From the human T2T-CHM13v2.0 reference genome, Homo sapiens, in NCBI RefSeq assembly GCF_009914755.1, contig NC_060929.1: a stretch of DNA of 64,000 nt. One strand, written 5' to 3'. Below are positions 37,791-52,790 of the stretch, in pieces. The notes below the pieces were generated by a model. It did not search any database. It worked only from the letters and a program-made list of their open reading frames with translations, and was not told the origin of the DNA. Position 1 is the stretch's first letter. Each line of letters opens with the position of its first letter. A program made the position numbers and the translations under genes.

Positions 37791-40700
37791 TTAGTGAAAT
37801 CAATATGGTTATTGGACCTGTTGAACTCTCATGCTAAAGTCAGTAGATAAAGCGAATGTGAAATTAGGATATATCTGTGCTGCCTCCTATAACATCTTTC
37901 CTTTATTCCCTAAATCAGCTTACCAAACCAACTGTTGGTAACCTGTATTGCTCTTGGGATACAGGAACTGCTGAGTGTGATTACAGTGTGTGTAGCTGAA
38001 GGCATTATTCCACAGCTCAGAATTTTTTTTCATCTGGAAAGTAGTAATCTCAATTGTGAAATAGTGCCTTCAGCTGTGGACATTATAATCAGAGTCTCTG
38101 GAGTGCTTGTATTCGAGGAGTAATACATCTCATAGTTATTACCCTCTGAGCTAGGTTCTGTTTATAGTGAAGGGATGAATTTTCATAACTCAGTGCTGAA
38201 ATAGCAGTAGGGAGCCCTGAGCAGATTATTATAGGTCAGGCCTAATCCATGAAGATAAATCTCATTATAGGCTCACCTGAGCCCATCCACAGAGTAGCTG
38301 GTTTAACATGAGTCTGTAAATCAAAGATCAGCTTAAAATGAAGTGTAAAATCCTCTCTGTAATCCAACTGCTATCTCTGTGAAAAGATATTCTAAATGTG
38401 TATTCTGATTGTAAACATGGCTGGCTGCCCAATGGGTAATTAGTAGGCATGTGAAGGGTATTGCGATTCGGTCTAAGAACGAGTGAAGAACTACATATTT
38501 GAGGGAGAAGTTTATTTTTCCTAAAATGAAATTCCACTCAGCGCAGTCACTTAAAATGTCCCCATGTCTTAGTTTTTTTCTTCTTTTCATTTTGCAGAGG
38601 TTAAAAAATGTTCATTACCTTCTTTAGGTGTTGTCCTTCCTGGAAAGGATTGGGCACCAGCTGGAGCAGCTCTCTGCATGGGTCTCTGCGTGGGTGTGCC
38701 TGGAAAGACCAGTCAAGTGTGACTTCCTGTTATCAAAGGTCCATTTGACAGTGAGGCGAATGGTGTCCATATACATTATGTGGGATTTAAATAATAGAAA
38801 CACATGCCCTCTTTTAATTGTTTACCATCACAGAGGGGAGCAAAACAAATTTGGAACAGCAATACTACACATATATGTACGTAGATCTCTGCATGTTAGA
38901 GCTTATTTATTACCTGTTTACCCAACTGGTGTGCCAACCATTTAGGAGGTCGACAGCTTGTCCACCAAGTATGAAGAGATGATCCATAGGGTGGTAAATG
39001 CCTGCACCTAGCTGTCCTATTCCTTACTGTATCTGTAGCACCAAGGACAGTGCCTGGTCTGTGGTTAGTACTTAGAAAATAGTTGTTTATGAAAGGAACA
39101 CTGAGGAGATCTTAATTCTGTTTCTGTCATTTTCAGAGGCTCCTGGTGCCCAGACTAGCTAAATGGTTAGGCTGTTCAGGATTTTACTGGTTTCCGTGTC
39201 TGAGGAAATGATTAAAATAATGTGGCAAAGTAGTGACGGCCACTGTTATGGAAATGCCCACTGGTGTGGACAGGTTCCCCTCTGGTGGACTGCTGGGGTG
39301 GCACAGCTTGTCCTTCTGGCATCCTATTTCCTCCTTTGTTAAAATACCAGCATTGACGTGTTTGCTATCTTATTCTCAAAAGAAACCAAGAAACCCATAA
39401 TAATTAGATAGCGGTTTGTTGGGGGAAAGATTTTGGGATGTAGCATTTCCTGTCTTGGGAAAAATGAAAAATTATCCTTTTACTTCAGAGACTTCTTAGG
39501 AAATCCCTGGTTATTGTGGCTCTGGGAAAACATGCCTCATTATGTTTCCTATCTTGCTTTTTCTAGATATAGTTTTGTGGTTAGTATAATGAGTAGTAGT
39601 GGTAATTATACTTATTCCGGGTTCATTGGCACCTGAAGCTTCAGTCTACTCTGGGATTCTGAATCAGTGTGTTCCCCAGGATGCTTATTGATCAGTTAAT
39701 TGGCTATTAATGGATTCCCTCTTATTTGACTAGTATGAAAATCTGTGCGAAACGTGGTCTTGCTTTTAAGGAGCCTATAAACTAGTTGCAAGAAGACTTT
39801 TGGGAAATCCAAGATCAAGGTGGAAGCTAACAACATGCTGGAGAGTTTGCAGCCATGAGAATTCATAGAAGCAGAAGAAAGACTTGACCTGCAGGTGTCT
39901 GGGAAAACTTTGCAACTTGAACTGAATGTTAAACGTTGAGTAGGTTTTGGTTAGGCAAGCTTCAAGGCCAAGTGGAAATTGCATACAGTGTGATGGGTGG
40001 GGAGTGGTAGATAAAGGTGGACAGTGCAGTGGACAATAATGTTTCTTCTTAATGTGATATTTCTAGGATAGTTGAGAAGGCAGAGGAACCACCTGAAAAC
40101 TCAGAGGCTCATGTGTATCAGTGATGATGAAATGAGTTCTGACTTAATCTGCACCCTAGAATACCACCACCACCACTCATGGTGATGCCATATAAGGTGG
40201 ATGGTGAGCCTTCACTTCATTTTCCTAAGTTAAGCTAGTCTTTTTAATTTAGGAAATCTCCAAGGTGGAAAGCATGGTATTTTCCGGTACTTTAGCCAAA
40301 AGGAAGTAAGTCTGTGCATTTGTTAGATTCAGTGGCTACATATTCATCATGACCTACTGGACTGTGAGATCTTTGTGATCTGACACTGGTAATTTGTTTT
40401 TAAGTGAAATGTGGAGTAGTGTGGTAATGTCCAATTTAGTTACTTGGGATCTACTAAATCTTTTATTGTTCAGGGTACATCAGCTTCCATTAAAAAAAGT
40501 CTTCAATAATGAGTGCTAAGTAGTGGCAGGCATTTTTACAAATAATATGTAGAGGCATAAAGCCCTTGCTCAAGTTTTGATAATTCTGATCCCATACTAG
40601 GACTGGCTGTCATTCCAAGCCCTAGTGCTTCTACAGGTTTGTTTCCTCAGATCCCAGACTTCTGTTCCTCCTGTCTGTCATTTACTTATTTGTCTCTGAA

Positions 40701-41939
40701 TCTTTGTTTCCAAGATGATTCACCAACAAAACTTGAATTCTTCTCTGGATGGCGTATGTTCTAGACAGTCTAAGAATTGAAGGTACATTACTGTTTTCAC
40801 AGTAGAATTCTGTATTTAGTGAGTAATAATTGGGTTCTAGTATGTCACGGATGAATCTGTAACCCTAAGAAAACAGGCGTATACATTTATCATTCTTTTC
40901 ATAAGAATTAATGCCTGTTCTAGTACTCTTAAGTATGAAATATCTCTTCATTGCCTGTAACCAACTTGTTTTCCTTTGATTAGAGATGCATCCTGCCTTG
41001 TTTATATGGGTGCTTAGTTAGGTTTGTACGGGTATTTCTTTCCTTGTTTGTATAAGTGTAAGTTGACATTTTTCCCCCTTTGGTTCCTAAATACAGTGAT
41101 GAAGTTTAGCTTTATAAATAATGTTGAACAAGTGATACTTTGTACCCCCTTTTTATAAAGCTCTGATTTTAAAGTCATCAGTTAAACTTTTAAAAACCTC
41201 CGAGTTTTGTTCCTGTTTTCTGGACACATTCATCTCCTTGACAGATTCACATGATGGAGGGTTGAGGTTTCTCATCTTTAAGTGCTTCTGGAGTTTGTCA
41301 GAATAATGGGTGGTAGTAAACCACCTGCCATTCGTTCCTCCGACCTCGGACTCCTCTTCCCAGGCTCTTCCTTATTCTGGAAAGAAAACTCTTCTCTATG
41401 TAACTCTCTTCTCTGCCTGGACAATACCTGTCTGTACTTTAGTGTACACACTGCCTCTTCCTTGCCCTCTTTACCCACCCTCACCCCAATCCAGGTTACA
41501 TGACCCTCCTTGGAATAGTGCATATCGGAACCAAAGCATTTATTATATAATTAAGTAGGACTGGAAGCATCTCTTCCTGCCTTCTCCCCCTTCTCTCCTC
41601 ATCCCCAAAATGGCCTGAATGCCTAAAGAGCTCAGGAAAATGAGCTGTAGCTGTTGAAGATGTGAACCTAGGATATTTCCTTGGGTGGGTTCTTTTAAAT
41701 GACACCAGATGAAATATCATGGACTTATATTTGGTTGTGCCTATAGCACCTCTACATTTTAACTGAACTTTGAGAGCTCTGCTTTTGAATATGAACCCTG
41801 TTATTGGAGAATTTCTTGGATGGAACAGATAGACCTTGGCTCACCCCTTTCCCATTGTCCAGAGAGATCATGCTCTGCTGTGGCCCTAACCTGAATTGTG
41901 ATCAGTTGTGTAAGTACTTGATTTAGAATTTAATTGTTA

Positions 41940-42188
41940 TAGGCAGTTTAGAGTAATGTTTAAGAGCATGGGCTCCAGTGCCTGGCTGCCTGGGTTGGAG
42001 TCTTGACCTTACCACTTACTAGATATGTGACCTTGACCAAGGAACATAACCTTCCTGTGCATCTGGAAAATGGGAATATTAATAGTACCTATCTCATGTC
42101 ATTGTTGCTGGAGTCAAGTGAGGTCATACAACTGAGGATATCCACTTGGAACACATAAGAACACAATAAATATTAACTATTATTGTCA
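41940..42188 (+). mobile_element. MIR
   Basis: taagagcatgggctccag...accacttactagatatgtgaccttgac...catctggaaaatgggaatattaatagtacctatctca. Confidence 0.85.
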
Positions 42189-42486
42189 TCTTGGACAAGA
42201 GGAGCTGATGTATTATTAGATTATGGAATTTAAGTTTCATTAAATGTACATCCCAAGTTTATGATTTATAGAACTGATTAAGCTGGCCTTGTGACGATAA
42301 GCTTTTCTATGATTCTTTTCAGATAACTGCAGATTTGCCATGTTTTCTGCAGGATAACTTGTCAGACATAAGGCTTGTTTGAAATTAGAAGTTATGGGGG
42401 AAGGATAATATAACATCTTTGACATGAGTAGAGTTTAAGAGATGATGCCTTTAAAAAATAAAAAGGCATTCTTTTAGTTACATTTT

Positions 42487-42905
42487 GGTAGATGGGATAA
42501 AGAAAATGTGGGTGCAGATACATCATGGAATATTATGCAGCCATAGCAATGAACAAGATCATGTCCTTTGCAGAAACATGGATGGAGCTGGAGGCCATTA
42601 TCCTCAGCAAATTATCACAGGAACAGAAAACCAAATACTGTATGTTCTAACTTATAAGTGGGAGCTAAATGATGAGAACACGTGGGCACAAAGTTGGGAA
42701 CACCAGACACTGGGGCCTGCTTGAGGGTGGAGGGTGGGAGGAGGGAGAGGATCAGGAAAAATAACTAATGGGTACTGGGATTAATACCTGGGTGATGAAA
42801 TAATCTGTACAACAAACCCCCATGACACAGGTTTACCTATGTAACAAACCTGCATTTGTACCCCTGAACTTAAAAGTTAAAAAACACTACATAAATAAAT
42901 AAAAA
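42487..42905 (+). mobile_element. Primate L1PA/PB 3' end (5'-truncated)
   Basis: ggataaagaaaatgtgg...catggatggagctggaggccattatcctcagcaaa...gtttacctatgtaacaaacctgca...cccctgaacttaaaagttaaaa. Confidence 0.93.
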
Positions 42906-45374
42906 GACCACTAGAAAAAAGAAACCCAACTCATTTCTTTTCATTCTTCTCATTGGATTACACAGAAGATTACACAAAAGATAAGGATCCTGCTCTTCAT
43001 GAATCTTCTTTTTGTATAAAAAATATGAGTTGTAGGTGTCACCATATACAACAAAAATGTGACTTGAACAGATGTCTTGCTTTCTTTTGAATTAACATTT
43101 TGTATACTACTACCACACTACCTGTATATTTGGATCTTTAGAAGATTAACAGGTTTTTACTGAAAGTATTATTAATATTCCCATCTTTTTTTGCCTTTGT
43201 CAAATTTGGCTATCATTTGCCCAGGTGTAACAAAGTTAGAAGATGCCTTTTGGGCCTCTAACATTTTTCCTGGCTCAGCCCATCAGTAAAAACATTTTTT
43301 AGTAAGCATCCCTAATATGTAAATGTATTTTAAAGTGATTGTTATGTGCTTAGAGGAGGTTCTGAAAGAATTTTAACAGGCCTGTGTATCTCCACTAGGA
43401 AACCGTTAGAGAGGACATTTACTGTAGAATTTCAGAAGGGACCTGGAGGCAAATTCGGTTGCCACCATCACCGAGAGGATTGGAGAATCCTGGGGTAGGT
43501 GATAGGGAGGTTAGGGTGTACTTGGAGTGTTTGCGGCTGTGACTATCAGCCAACCTGTAAGGAAGTGTGTTAGCCATCAGTACTGGTACATACCAGCTAT
43601 CAGCTTCAATATCAACATATGAAATGTTCTAAAACCAGTAAGAAGAGATGTTAAAAAATGAAAACTGATGTTCTAACATTTGTTTTCTAAACCCCAGTTG
43701 ATTATATTGTGCACCACTGGGGTGCTCATACCCCGATTTTTAGACCCGTGGAATAAACTACAAGATCTGCTTTTTAAATCATCTGGAATAGAGCTTTACT
43801 GGTTAAAAAGAGTTTTAAATATTCAGTGAGGCTGCCTGTCTTTTCTTTTTGGAAAGGTTTATTTTATTTTTAAGTGGAAAAAATAGCAGATCTTTGTTAC
43901 ACATGTCATTAACTGCCACTAAATTGACACAAGTGTTGACAGCTATTGTGAGAACTATTTCAAAGCTAATTATGTTAATTAGAATGTAACATACCAGTAA
44001 TTGCATGTATTCAAACATCATACCATGACTTTTTGTGTTTTCTTTTCCAGATGTAAGACATTCATTTGTTGCTTGAAAAGCTGCAGAATTTATAACTAAG
44101 ATAACAAATAATTGTCAGCAAATAAAATTGGTTCCTTAGAAATATACTGTAATTGGTTAGCTATGTAAAAGACAGAAACAAATGTTAGCATGTTAAGAAT
44201 ATAAATTAAGAACATTGCTTATGAAATCCTTAGTTTTGGGCTTTTCATTTAAATAAGCCCTCTTATTGCAATTAATATTATTGTTTGGTTTATGATCCTT
44301 AAAAATATATTCCCTTTCAGCATTTCTTGGGGTTCTAATTTAGCTTTCTTATACATGTTAGATGATTTGCAATTTAGATTTTAATTTGATTTCTATTCTT
44401 TCAAATATCATTTTTCTTGTATTTCATTTTTATTTAAAGCATGATTCTCTCTGTATTCATGGAAGCTGGGCATAAACAAACTGCTAGAAAAATCAAGCTA
44501 TTAAGTGAGCTGAGAACATAAAACATTTTAATAGGAATTTCATATAACTAAACTAAGTATTTGAGAGCCCAACCAGAGAATTATGGCTCTTTGAAAACAA
44601 ACTTTATGGGACTTAGTGTTCTTAGTCTACCCTCTATTACAGTTCTTAAAAAAACTATAGCATTTCTATCGTTGACTTTAAATCTTTGTCACTTCTTGCA
44701 TATGTAAAGGGTTAAATGTGTCTCTGCTTAATGACTTGGGGGCCATATCTGTTTGAAGACTGAGTTTTGGTCTCTGTAGGTCTTTAGAGTTTAGAGTCTA
44801 TTTTTTTCTATTGAGAGTCTTAGTGTGAGTGTCTCTCTTCTAATTTGGGAGTGTGGAGGATTGTTTTATTTTTCCAGTTGTGATCCTCATAAATCACCCC
44901 AACACTTTCAGTGTCATGACCTTAATTCTCTAGGACATGCAATATACCTTTCCCAATTAAGTGGACTCATGGTCTGGCTCAAGAGTGATATTCTCAGAAT
45001 GGAAGAGCACTTCTTCCTGACCCCTCTTAGAATGACCACTGTGTAATTCTGCTTGCCTACTTTTCTGCTAAGATTTTTATTCAGTGGTTTGGAGGCTGCT
45101 ATCATCCTTAGCATATAGGCTCTTTGCTTTGCTTTATTAACTGTTCTTCAAAACTCAGCAGATGATGAAAAAGACTGGTATGTTTGAGGGTGAGAAACTT
45201 AGGACTGAATTCTAGTACTGACGTTTCTTGGCTCTGTAATTTTGGACATCTGTCCCTTAACCTTGTGAGGCCTGGGGGTGTCCATTAGTAAAATAGGAAT
45301 GGTTAATCCTGGCAACATTGTTGTAATAATTGAAGGACATAATTCATATCAGAGCAGATTTCTAAGTATTGGGT

Positions 45375-47560
45375 GTATTTCTCTATATACATGAGTCTGT
45401 TTCTGGGCTCCATTTTGTAGTCGGTCAATCCATCTGTCCCTGTGCCAATGTCACACTTCATTAATTACTGTAACTTTTAACAAGCCTAAATAACTAGTCA
45501 AGAAAGTTCCCTCATGCCATGGTTGTTCTTCAAGAGCATTGGCTGTTTTTGGCAGGTTTATCTTCTGTTTAAATTTGCTCATGAAATCCTGTAAGCTGAT
45601 TGAGATTTTGATTAAAATTACATTAAATGTGTAGATCAATTGGGGGAAATTGACATTTTTATTATGCTGAGTTTTGCTATTCTAGACCATGGTATATTGC
45701 TCTGTTTACTTAGGACTTTAATGTTTTTCAATAAGGTTTTATTTTTTACAGAAAGAATTTGTACATCCTTTGTTAGATTATTTTTAATAACCTTAATATC
45801 CTTTAAAAATAAACATTTCTAGCTGCTTGCTAATGTATGGGAATTCAGTTGGCTTTATTAAATTAAGATTACTAATTTATAATGATTCTTATCTGTAGAT
45901 TTGGAGGAGGGGGTAATTTTGCAAATAATAATTTGCAAGTAATAACAGCTTTGCTTTTTCCTTTTCCAATCTTTGTAGCTATTCTTTCTTTTTTCTTATT
46001 TTCACTAATTAGGACTTCCAGGATTAAGTTGAATAGACGTGGTGATACTACACATCCTTGTCTTAATCATAAAGAGAATGCTTTCCACATTGCATACTGA
46101 GTATGATAAATGCTATGGGCTTTTTTTTTTTAAAAAGCTCTGTATCAGGTGAAGAATACCCCTTTTCTTGTTTCTTAAATTTTTCTTTTGCTATTAAGTG
46201 CTTTTTCTACATTTATTGATGGCCATTAATCTTACATTTTCAGAAAAAAATACAACATTATCGTGACAAATATGTTTATATAATATTTTCATGCATTTGG
46301 TTTATTAATAATTTGCTTAGGATTTTTCTGTGTTTACAAGTGGCATTAACCTGTAGTTTTCATTTTTTGGATTATCTTTGTCTAGTTTTAATATCAAGGT
46401 TATGGTAGCTGAACGAAGTAGGAATGTATATCAGCAACTATTAGTATAATAGGGCTGCATAATAAATCACAATTCCCCAGTGGCATGCATTAATAAGGAT
46501 TTCTTGCTGTGGGTCTGTGTGTTGGTTGGGTCAGTCCTGCTTTGGCCATGGATCTGTGGTTGGCGTGGCTTCCATCCAGACTGCAGGTCCGATGTCTGTC
46601 TGGTCTACATGTCTTCCCGTGGGACCCAGGTGGAAGGGCAGCACTTATCTGTGGTAAGTTCTTCACATGCTGAAGGTTGGAACCTCCTAGAGTGGTGAGC
46701 AGAAACAAGGACTAGACTTGGAACTGCCACAGTGTCACTTCTGCCCACTGGCCAAAGTAAGCCACATGATTAAGTCTGGCATCAGTGGAATGGGGAAGCC
46801 TATCCTTCCAATGAAAGTAGAGAGTGGGAAGGGTGTATTTGCTAAACAATAATTTGATCTACCATTTTTTTTCTCATCTCTGGAAGGGTTTACGAGTGGA
46901 CTCTTCTGTATGTTGCCTATAAAGGCATCTGGACTTGATATTTCCTTTGTTGGGGGACTTTTAATTGATCCAAATTTTTAATGGTTATAGGACTATTCTG
47001 ATTTTTAAATTTTTTCTTAATCAATTTGGTATTTTATGACTTCATGGAAATTTGATTATTTAAGTTTGAAAATTATCTGTTTTTGCATTCTATGTGGCAT
47101 CTTCAGTTTTAAGTCTTTCTTCGTTCTTAATATTGTTTAGTTTTGTCTTCTCTCTCTCACTTTGTTAGTTTTTCCAGAGGTTTGTCTACTTCATTAATTT
47201 GAAGTGGCTTCTGAATTTCATGTCATGCTTAGAAAGGTATTTTGCCATCTTCAATTCTACCAATACTGTCTCATATTTTCTTCTCATATCTTTAGGGGTT
47301 AATATTTAGTGTTTAACCTGTTTGGAACTCATTTTTCAAAGGAGTAAAGGAGCGGTTCATCTTCTTCCTCTTTTTCCAGAGATAGCCAGTTATTCCAGCA
47401 GTATTACTGGGCAACTTTACTAATCTTTAATACTACTTTTCGCATATACTACATTCCTAAGTACATTACAGATCTGTTTCTTGACTCTGTTCTAGTCCTT
47501 TGATTTGTCTTCCTGTATTTGTGTCACATCATAAAATTCTTCTCATTTCATGGTATGTTT
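45375..47560 (-). mobile_element. Old L1ME fragment interrupted by an MLT1 LTR
   Basis: gagtctgtttctgggctc...ttggggaaattgacatttttattatgctgag...catccttgtctt...tttaatatcaaggttatg. Confidence 0.7.
46424..46865. mobile_element. MLT1-type LTR
   Basis: tgtatatcagc...ctagacttggaactgccacagtgtcacttctgcccactggccaaagtaagccacatg...ttgctaaacaataatttgatctacca. Confidence 0.7.
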
Positions 47561-49204
47561 AACATCTAAGTAGGACTGGTAGAGGAGCCTTATCATGCTT
47601 GCAGTTAAATTTATTTTCACTTACATTTAAAAGACTTCTCCCCATTTTAGCATTTTTATATCTCTGGCAGTATCTTTATCATTTTCTTTGAAAACCAGTG
47701 AGAAAAAAATCATCCCTTGTGAAAATATTGAACTGCAGCTACTTTTATATAGTCATAGTCCTTTTGGGTTGTCATTGGGGAATCTGTAGTTTTGTCAGTT
47801 TTCCTTGTTCAGCTCCTAGCCTGGGCACTGCAGTGTTGAAAGGCCATCCCCGAGGCTGATGTGACTAGTTCTCTTGGAGTTTTATGACACATAACCCTGG
47901 ACCTTGTTGTTTCCTGGAGCAGAACTCAATGATGACTGAAGCCATCAGCCTGCGAAGCTGGACCTGGGTGGTGGCAGGTCTCCAAAGGCTGGGGATGTTT
48001 TCAGAGACAGGCGTTGAGATTGTGAGGTCCAGATCTTCTTTCGACGTGGAAGTTTGCTTCCATTGCCAATCTCAGGGGCTACTGCTTTGATTTTATGAAG
48101 GGAGAGACCAAGCTTCCTTTTAATTTGCAGTTGTGAAATTATAAATGCCTCCAACTGCCATGCTAGCGGTAGAGGTGTTCTCTGCTATGGAAACTTTTTC
48201 TTGCTGGCAGTGTCACAGGAGCCAACTAAAGGAGAAGCGAAACATTAATGACTGCACCACTTTGCTGGGCATGAGCTTTTTCCCTGAACTGTCTCTACCC
48301 TGAGTTATTCAGAACATCCTCTGCCTCTTGTGCTGATGAGAAGGATGTGCTCAAAGGGAGATGGGTGCTGACAGCACATCAGGAATAATTCCCCTCATCC
48401 ATCAAGCCTGACAACCCTTGGATTCCTTACCCTGTCAGAGCAGGGAGAGGCTTGGGCAGGATTGAATGGTCCTCACTTGTCTGGCATTTTAAACAAATCT
48501 GCATCTGATATGAAGTTAACTAGATGCAGCTGAAGTTGCTGATGGCAACAGTTTTCACTAAAGTCGGAAGCTTCTAACCTGTCCCACAGGCTGTGGAATG
48601 TCACACACTTGCATCTAAATTATGGGCATCATCTGTGCCCCGTCTGTGCTGAAAGCTCTTCATTAAGAGGGAAAGACTGGGAATCCTACACCAGGGCAAA
48701 TAAAATCATGTTGTTGATCAGGTAGAACTTAATTTAGCTTCCTCTCTCAGGATCATAGACCCACTTGATCAGTTGGGAAATGTAGGATTAGATAACTTCT
48801 GCATTCTTTATTGAATATTTTCTATCATAAGTTGAAAAATTCCTAGACAATTTTTAAAAATGTTCTTAAACTGGAGAAAAATCATGCATAATATACAACC
48901 ATTCTTAACATCTTTAAGCATACATTTTCTTTTTGTGCATCCTAGTAACATGTGATAGAAAATGTGTACTTTTTTATTACATCTCCTGTTTTCCCCAAGA
49001 TGCCAGTCTTGGGCTCAATTTCATATCTCCTTGGTTTTCTTGCCTGTGTGATTCTAATTTCTTCCTTTGGCTTTCTCTCTAACCCCATTTTCCTTTCCTG
49101 TGGTTCATAATCTGGCAGTGGAACTCTGAGGGCTTCAATGTGGTAGCAGGTACTAACCCTTTGTCCTGGGTACCATGTCTCACATCACTCTTATCTACAT
49201 TAAA

Positions 49205-49805
<601 letters not shown>

Positions 49806-51832
49806 TTTGATCTCTTCCCACTCATTCCTCTAATTCCCTGTGCCCCACTTTCCCTGCATAGAGGAATTTGCATTCTCATACTCATGGGAACCGTAGGGCT
49901 AAAGGCATCCTGTCTGTTGGGCATTTCCTCCTCGCCCTCTCCCTAAACTGGATGAGGACCTGGTTCCAGAAAGAATGGGTCCCTCAGGCAGCTGCTTCCC
50001 TAAGACTGTGCCGTCTTCCACTTCCACTCCCATCAGTGCTTTTGTGTTGGCTGCATTGATATCAAAGCCGATATTCCTGGATATCTCTAGATGGCAGCAT
50101 CCACCTCCCTCTGCCTTGAGGCTATGATGGAAAAGAACAGTTGACTCACTCCAAGGATAATGTTTACTGTGCCACCCTGGTCTTCACTGCACATGTTTTT
50201 CCTTGCCCTTTCTTCTATTACTACATGTGTTTGAAACTCTGCAGACAGTCTTGAGGTGGAATGTCCAATGCACTCTTTTCCCAGCTTCCGTGTCACAGTC
50301 TTCAGCTCGCCAAGTGGGAGACATGAATCTAATCATTCTGTCGTGTTCAGTCCAGCGGAATTTTGTGGGAAGAGCATTGCTTTACACCGCAGCCTGAGGT
50401 TGTTAGGTAGTTTTTTACAGGACTGCTCAGGGGGACTCGTGGATAGTGCTGCTGTCTCACGAAGGAGGTGAAGTGTTAAATGGCAGGTCCCATTCTTGTA
50501 GGCATGCCCTGTGCAGGCTGGGCAGCCCCTCTGGCTTGCGAAGCTCTGTTCTGGTTTTCTAAACAACTCAGTTTAACATTCATGTCAAATAGCCCCTATT
50601 AACTAAATTAGGTTTTTTTTTGGTTCAGAATACTTTATATTTAAAGATAATGCAGAGGTCAAATCAAGCAAGAAGAATGTTCTGTTTTTAAAAGTAGTAT
50701 TGTGTGCGAATTTTAGGCTAATTATACTTTTTGTTAACCTACCTGTTCTCCCATGAAACTTTGGACTCCTTGAAGCCCAGCCAGTGTCGTGTCTCTGTGT
50801 CCTCTCCCATTGCCAGATCAGGGCCAGGGCACAAGAGAGTGCTTCAGAAACATCACTTGCGTTCACAGCATCCTTTTGCCCTGCATTTGGTAGTGCCTGA
50901 TCCCGTAGCCCAGACATTTATCTCAGAATATTTAAACACACATTTTCTCTGCCTTACCTTCTGTGTTCTGGTGGAATCGTGTTCAGGTGATTTAAACAAA
51001 ATCTGGAGCAGCTCAGGAGGCACCTGTGTTCTACTGGAGGCGGTGCATGTGTCCCAGACCAGCCTTTTCCCTGCCTTCGTGGAAATTAAACCCACGCAAT
51101 AGAGATGAGCCAGACTCTGAATTGTAAGAAGCATTTTTGTATAGCACTTCACTGGGAGCTGAAGAGGTATTTCTTTTCTGAGGGTACTTAAAAAATGAGA
51201 CCTAGAATTTCTCCTTGGATCAGAGGGATCATTCCTAACTGTTGATTACACTGTGGCTGCCTGTCAGCAGGTATACATCTCCTGCATTCTACATTTTTCT
51301 TTCTTGATGCCTTTCTCTACATAGTTTGAAACAGAACTTCCCCTCAGCCACCAAAATGTGGTGTTCAGACAGTTGGCTTTGGACTCAGAGGGAAAGGCGT
51401 ATGAATTCATCTGGGAGAAAACTTAAGTGGAGCTGTTCCTTAAGGCATTTCTACAGTGATCACTAATTAGAAATGTTCTTGCCACATGTCACTTTTCTAA
51501 TCAACTAGAGGAGCCTTAATGGTCACCCATGTCACCATTACAAATTCAGAACTGTATAGTTGTGATTGGCAGTTGATCAACAACAACTTGTAGTGTCCTC
51601 ATTTGGGGGATAATCTTCCTGGGAGGAAGAGGTTCAGTCATCCTGTTGTCGTGTTCCTTCCTTCATCGCTGCTGATTTGCATTTTCACAGTAGCTTTTTA
51701 AATACAGGGATATATGAGAAAGGAAAAGGTAGCCCACAGGGTTGTTATTCCATTGACATTTTTATAAGAAGTGATATGTATACAATATTAGAAAATCCCA
51801 AGAATACAGAAAGGTATAAAATAAAAAAATGA

Positions 51833-52135
<303 letters not shown>

Positions 52136-52379
52136 TGAACTTATTCTGAAGATCTCTTATGGTAGTACTTACAACTTTCCTGTGTCCTTTTTAATAGTGG
52201 CAGAGTATGTCATTGCACAGATACACCATTGTATAAATTGTCTGACCAGTCCCTGGGGGGTGGACTCTCAACAGTTTTAAAGCCTGTGAGTTCTGTGACG
52301 TCCAGTGTGAGAATGCTTGGCACACCATTACTTTTAGGTGTAAGGGGATTCGTAGTTGGTGAGGTAAGTCTTCTCCTGG

Positions 52380-52790
52380 TGTTTAGTCAGGATGCCTTAG
52401 AGTGTGTTGTGTTGTATTAAATGATGGATGGTGTAACAAATACCCTTGAAGTTCTCACTGGCTTAACATAAAGAGTTAGTTTCTTCCTTACCTATGGGCC
52501 ATTTTTGCAGGCCCATGCTCCGTCCCACGCGGTCACTCAGGCTGATAGACGTTCTGCTATCTTTATGTCACTTCCAAGGTCCCCCTGGGTGTTGACACCC
52601 TGATTGGGATATGGGAGAAGGAGTGCATGGGAAGTGTTCATGGGCCAGATCTTGAAGAGTGGCACACATCTACCCATATTCCATTGTCTGGAACTCAGTC
52701 TGGTGACCACACCTACTGCAAGGAAGGCTGGGAAATTTATTCTAGCTGTGTCCTCAGATGAACAAGTAAGTAGCCAGTTAATATGGCCAA
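52380..52790. mobile_element. MLT1-type LTR
   Basis: ctcactggcttaacataaagagtt...ccatattccattgtctggaactcagtctggtgaccacacctactgcaaggaaggctgggaaatttattctagctgtgtcc. Confidence 0.75.

Noticed and set aside
38188-38315. Possible long inverted repeat
   Set aside because: Only the outer ~18 nt pair, imperfectly; the interior does not.
38560-38760. Strong polypyrimidine tract and AG at 38596-38597
   Set aside because: No convincing downstream donor or MAST4-like coding sequence.
42725-42745. G-quadruplex motif (also a C-rich one at 22398-22423)
   Set aside because: Standard G-rich tract of L1 3' UTRs, explained by the repeat.
43380-43752. Possible old hAT element remnant
   Set aside because: Only the right end looks faintly TIR-like; I cannot assign a family or boundaries by eye.
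44020-44058. Strong acceptor followed 2 nt later by GTAAGA (CAG-AT-GTAAGA)
   Set aside because: Not a true AG|GT recursive site, and a 2-nt exon is implausible without transcript evidence.
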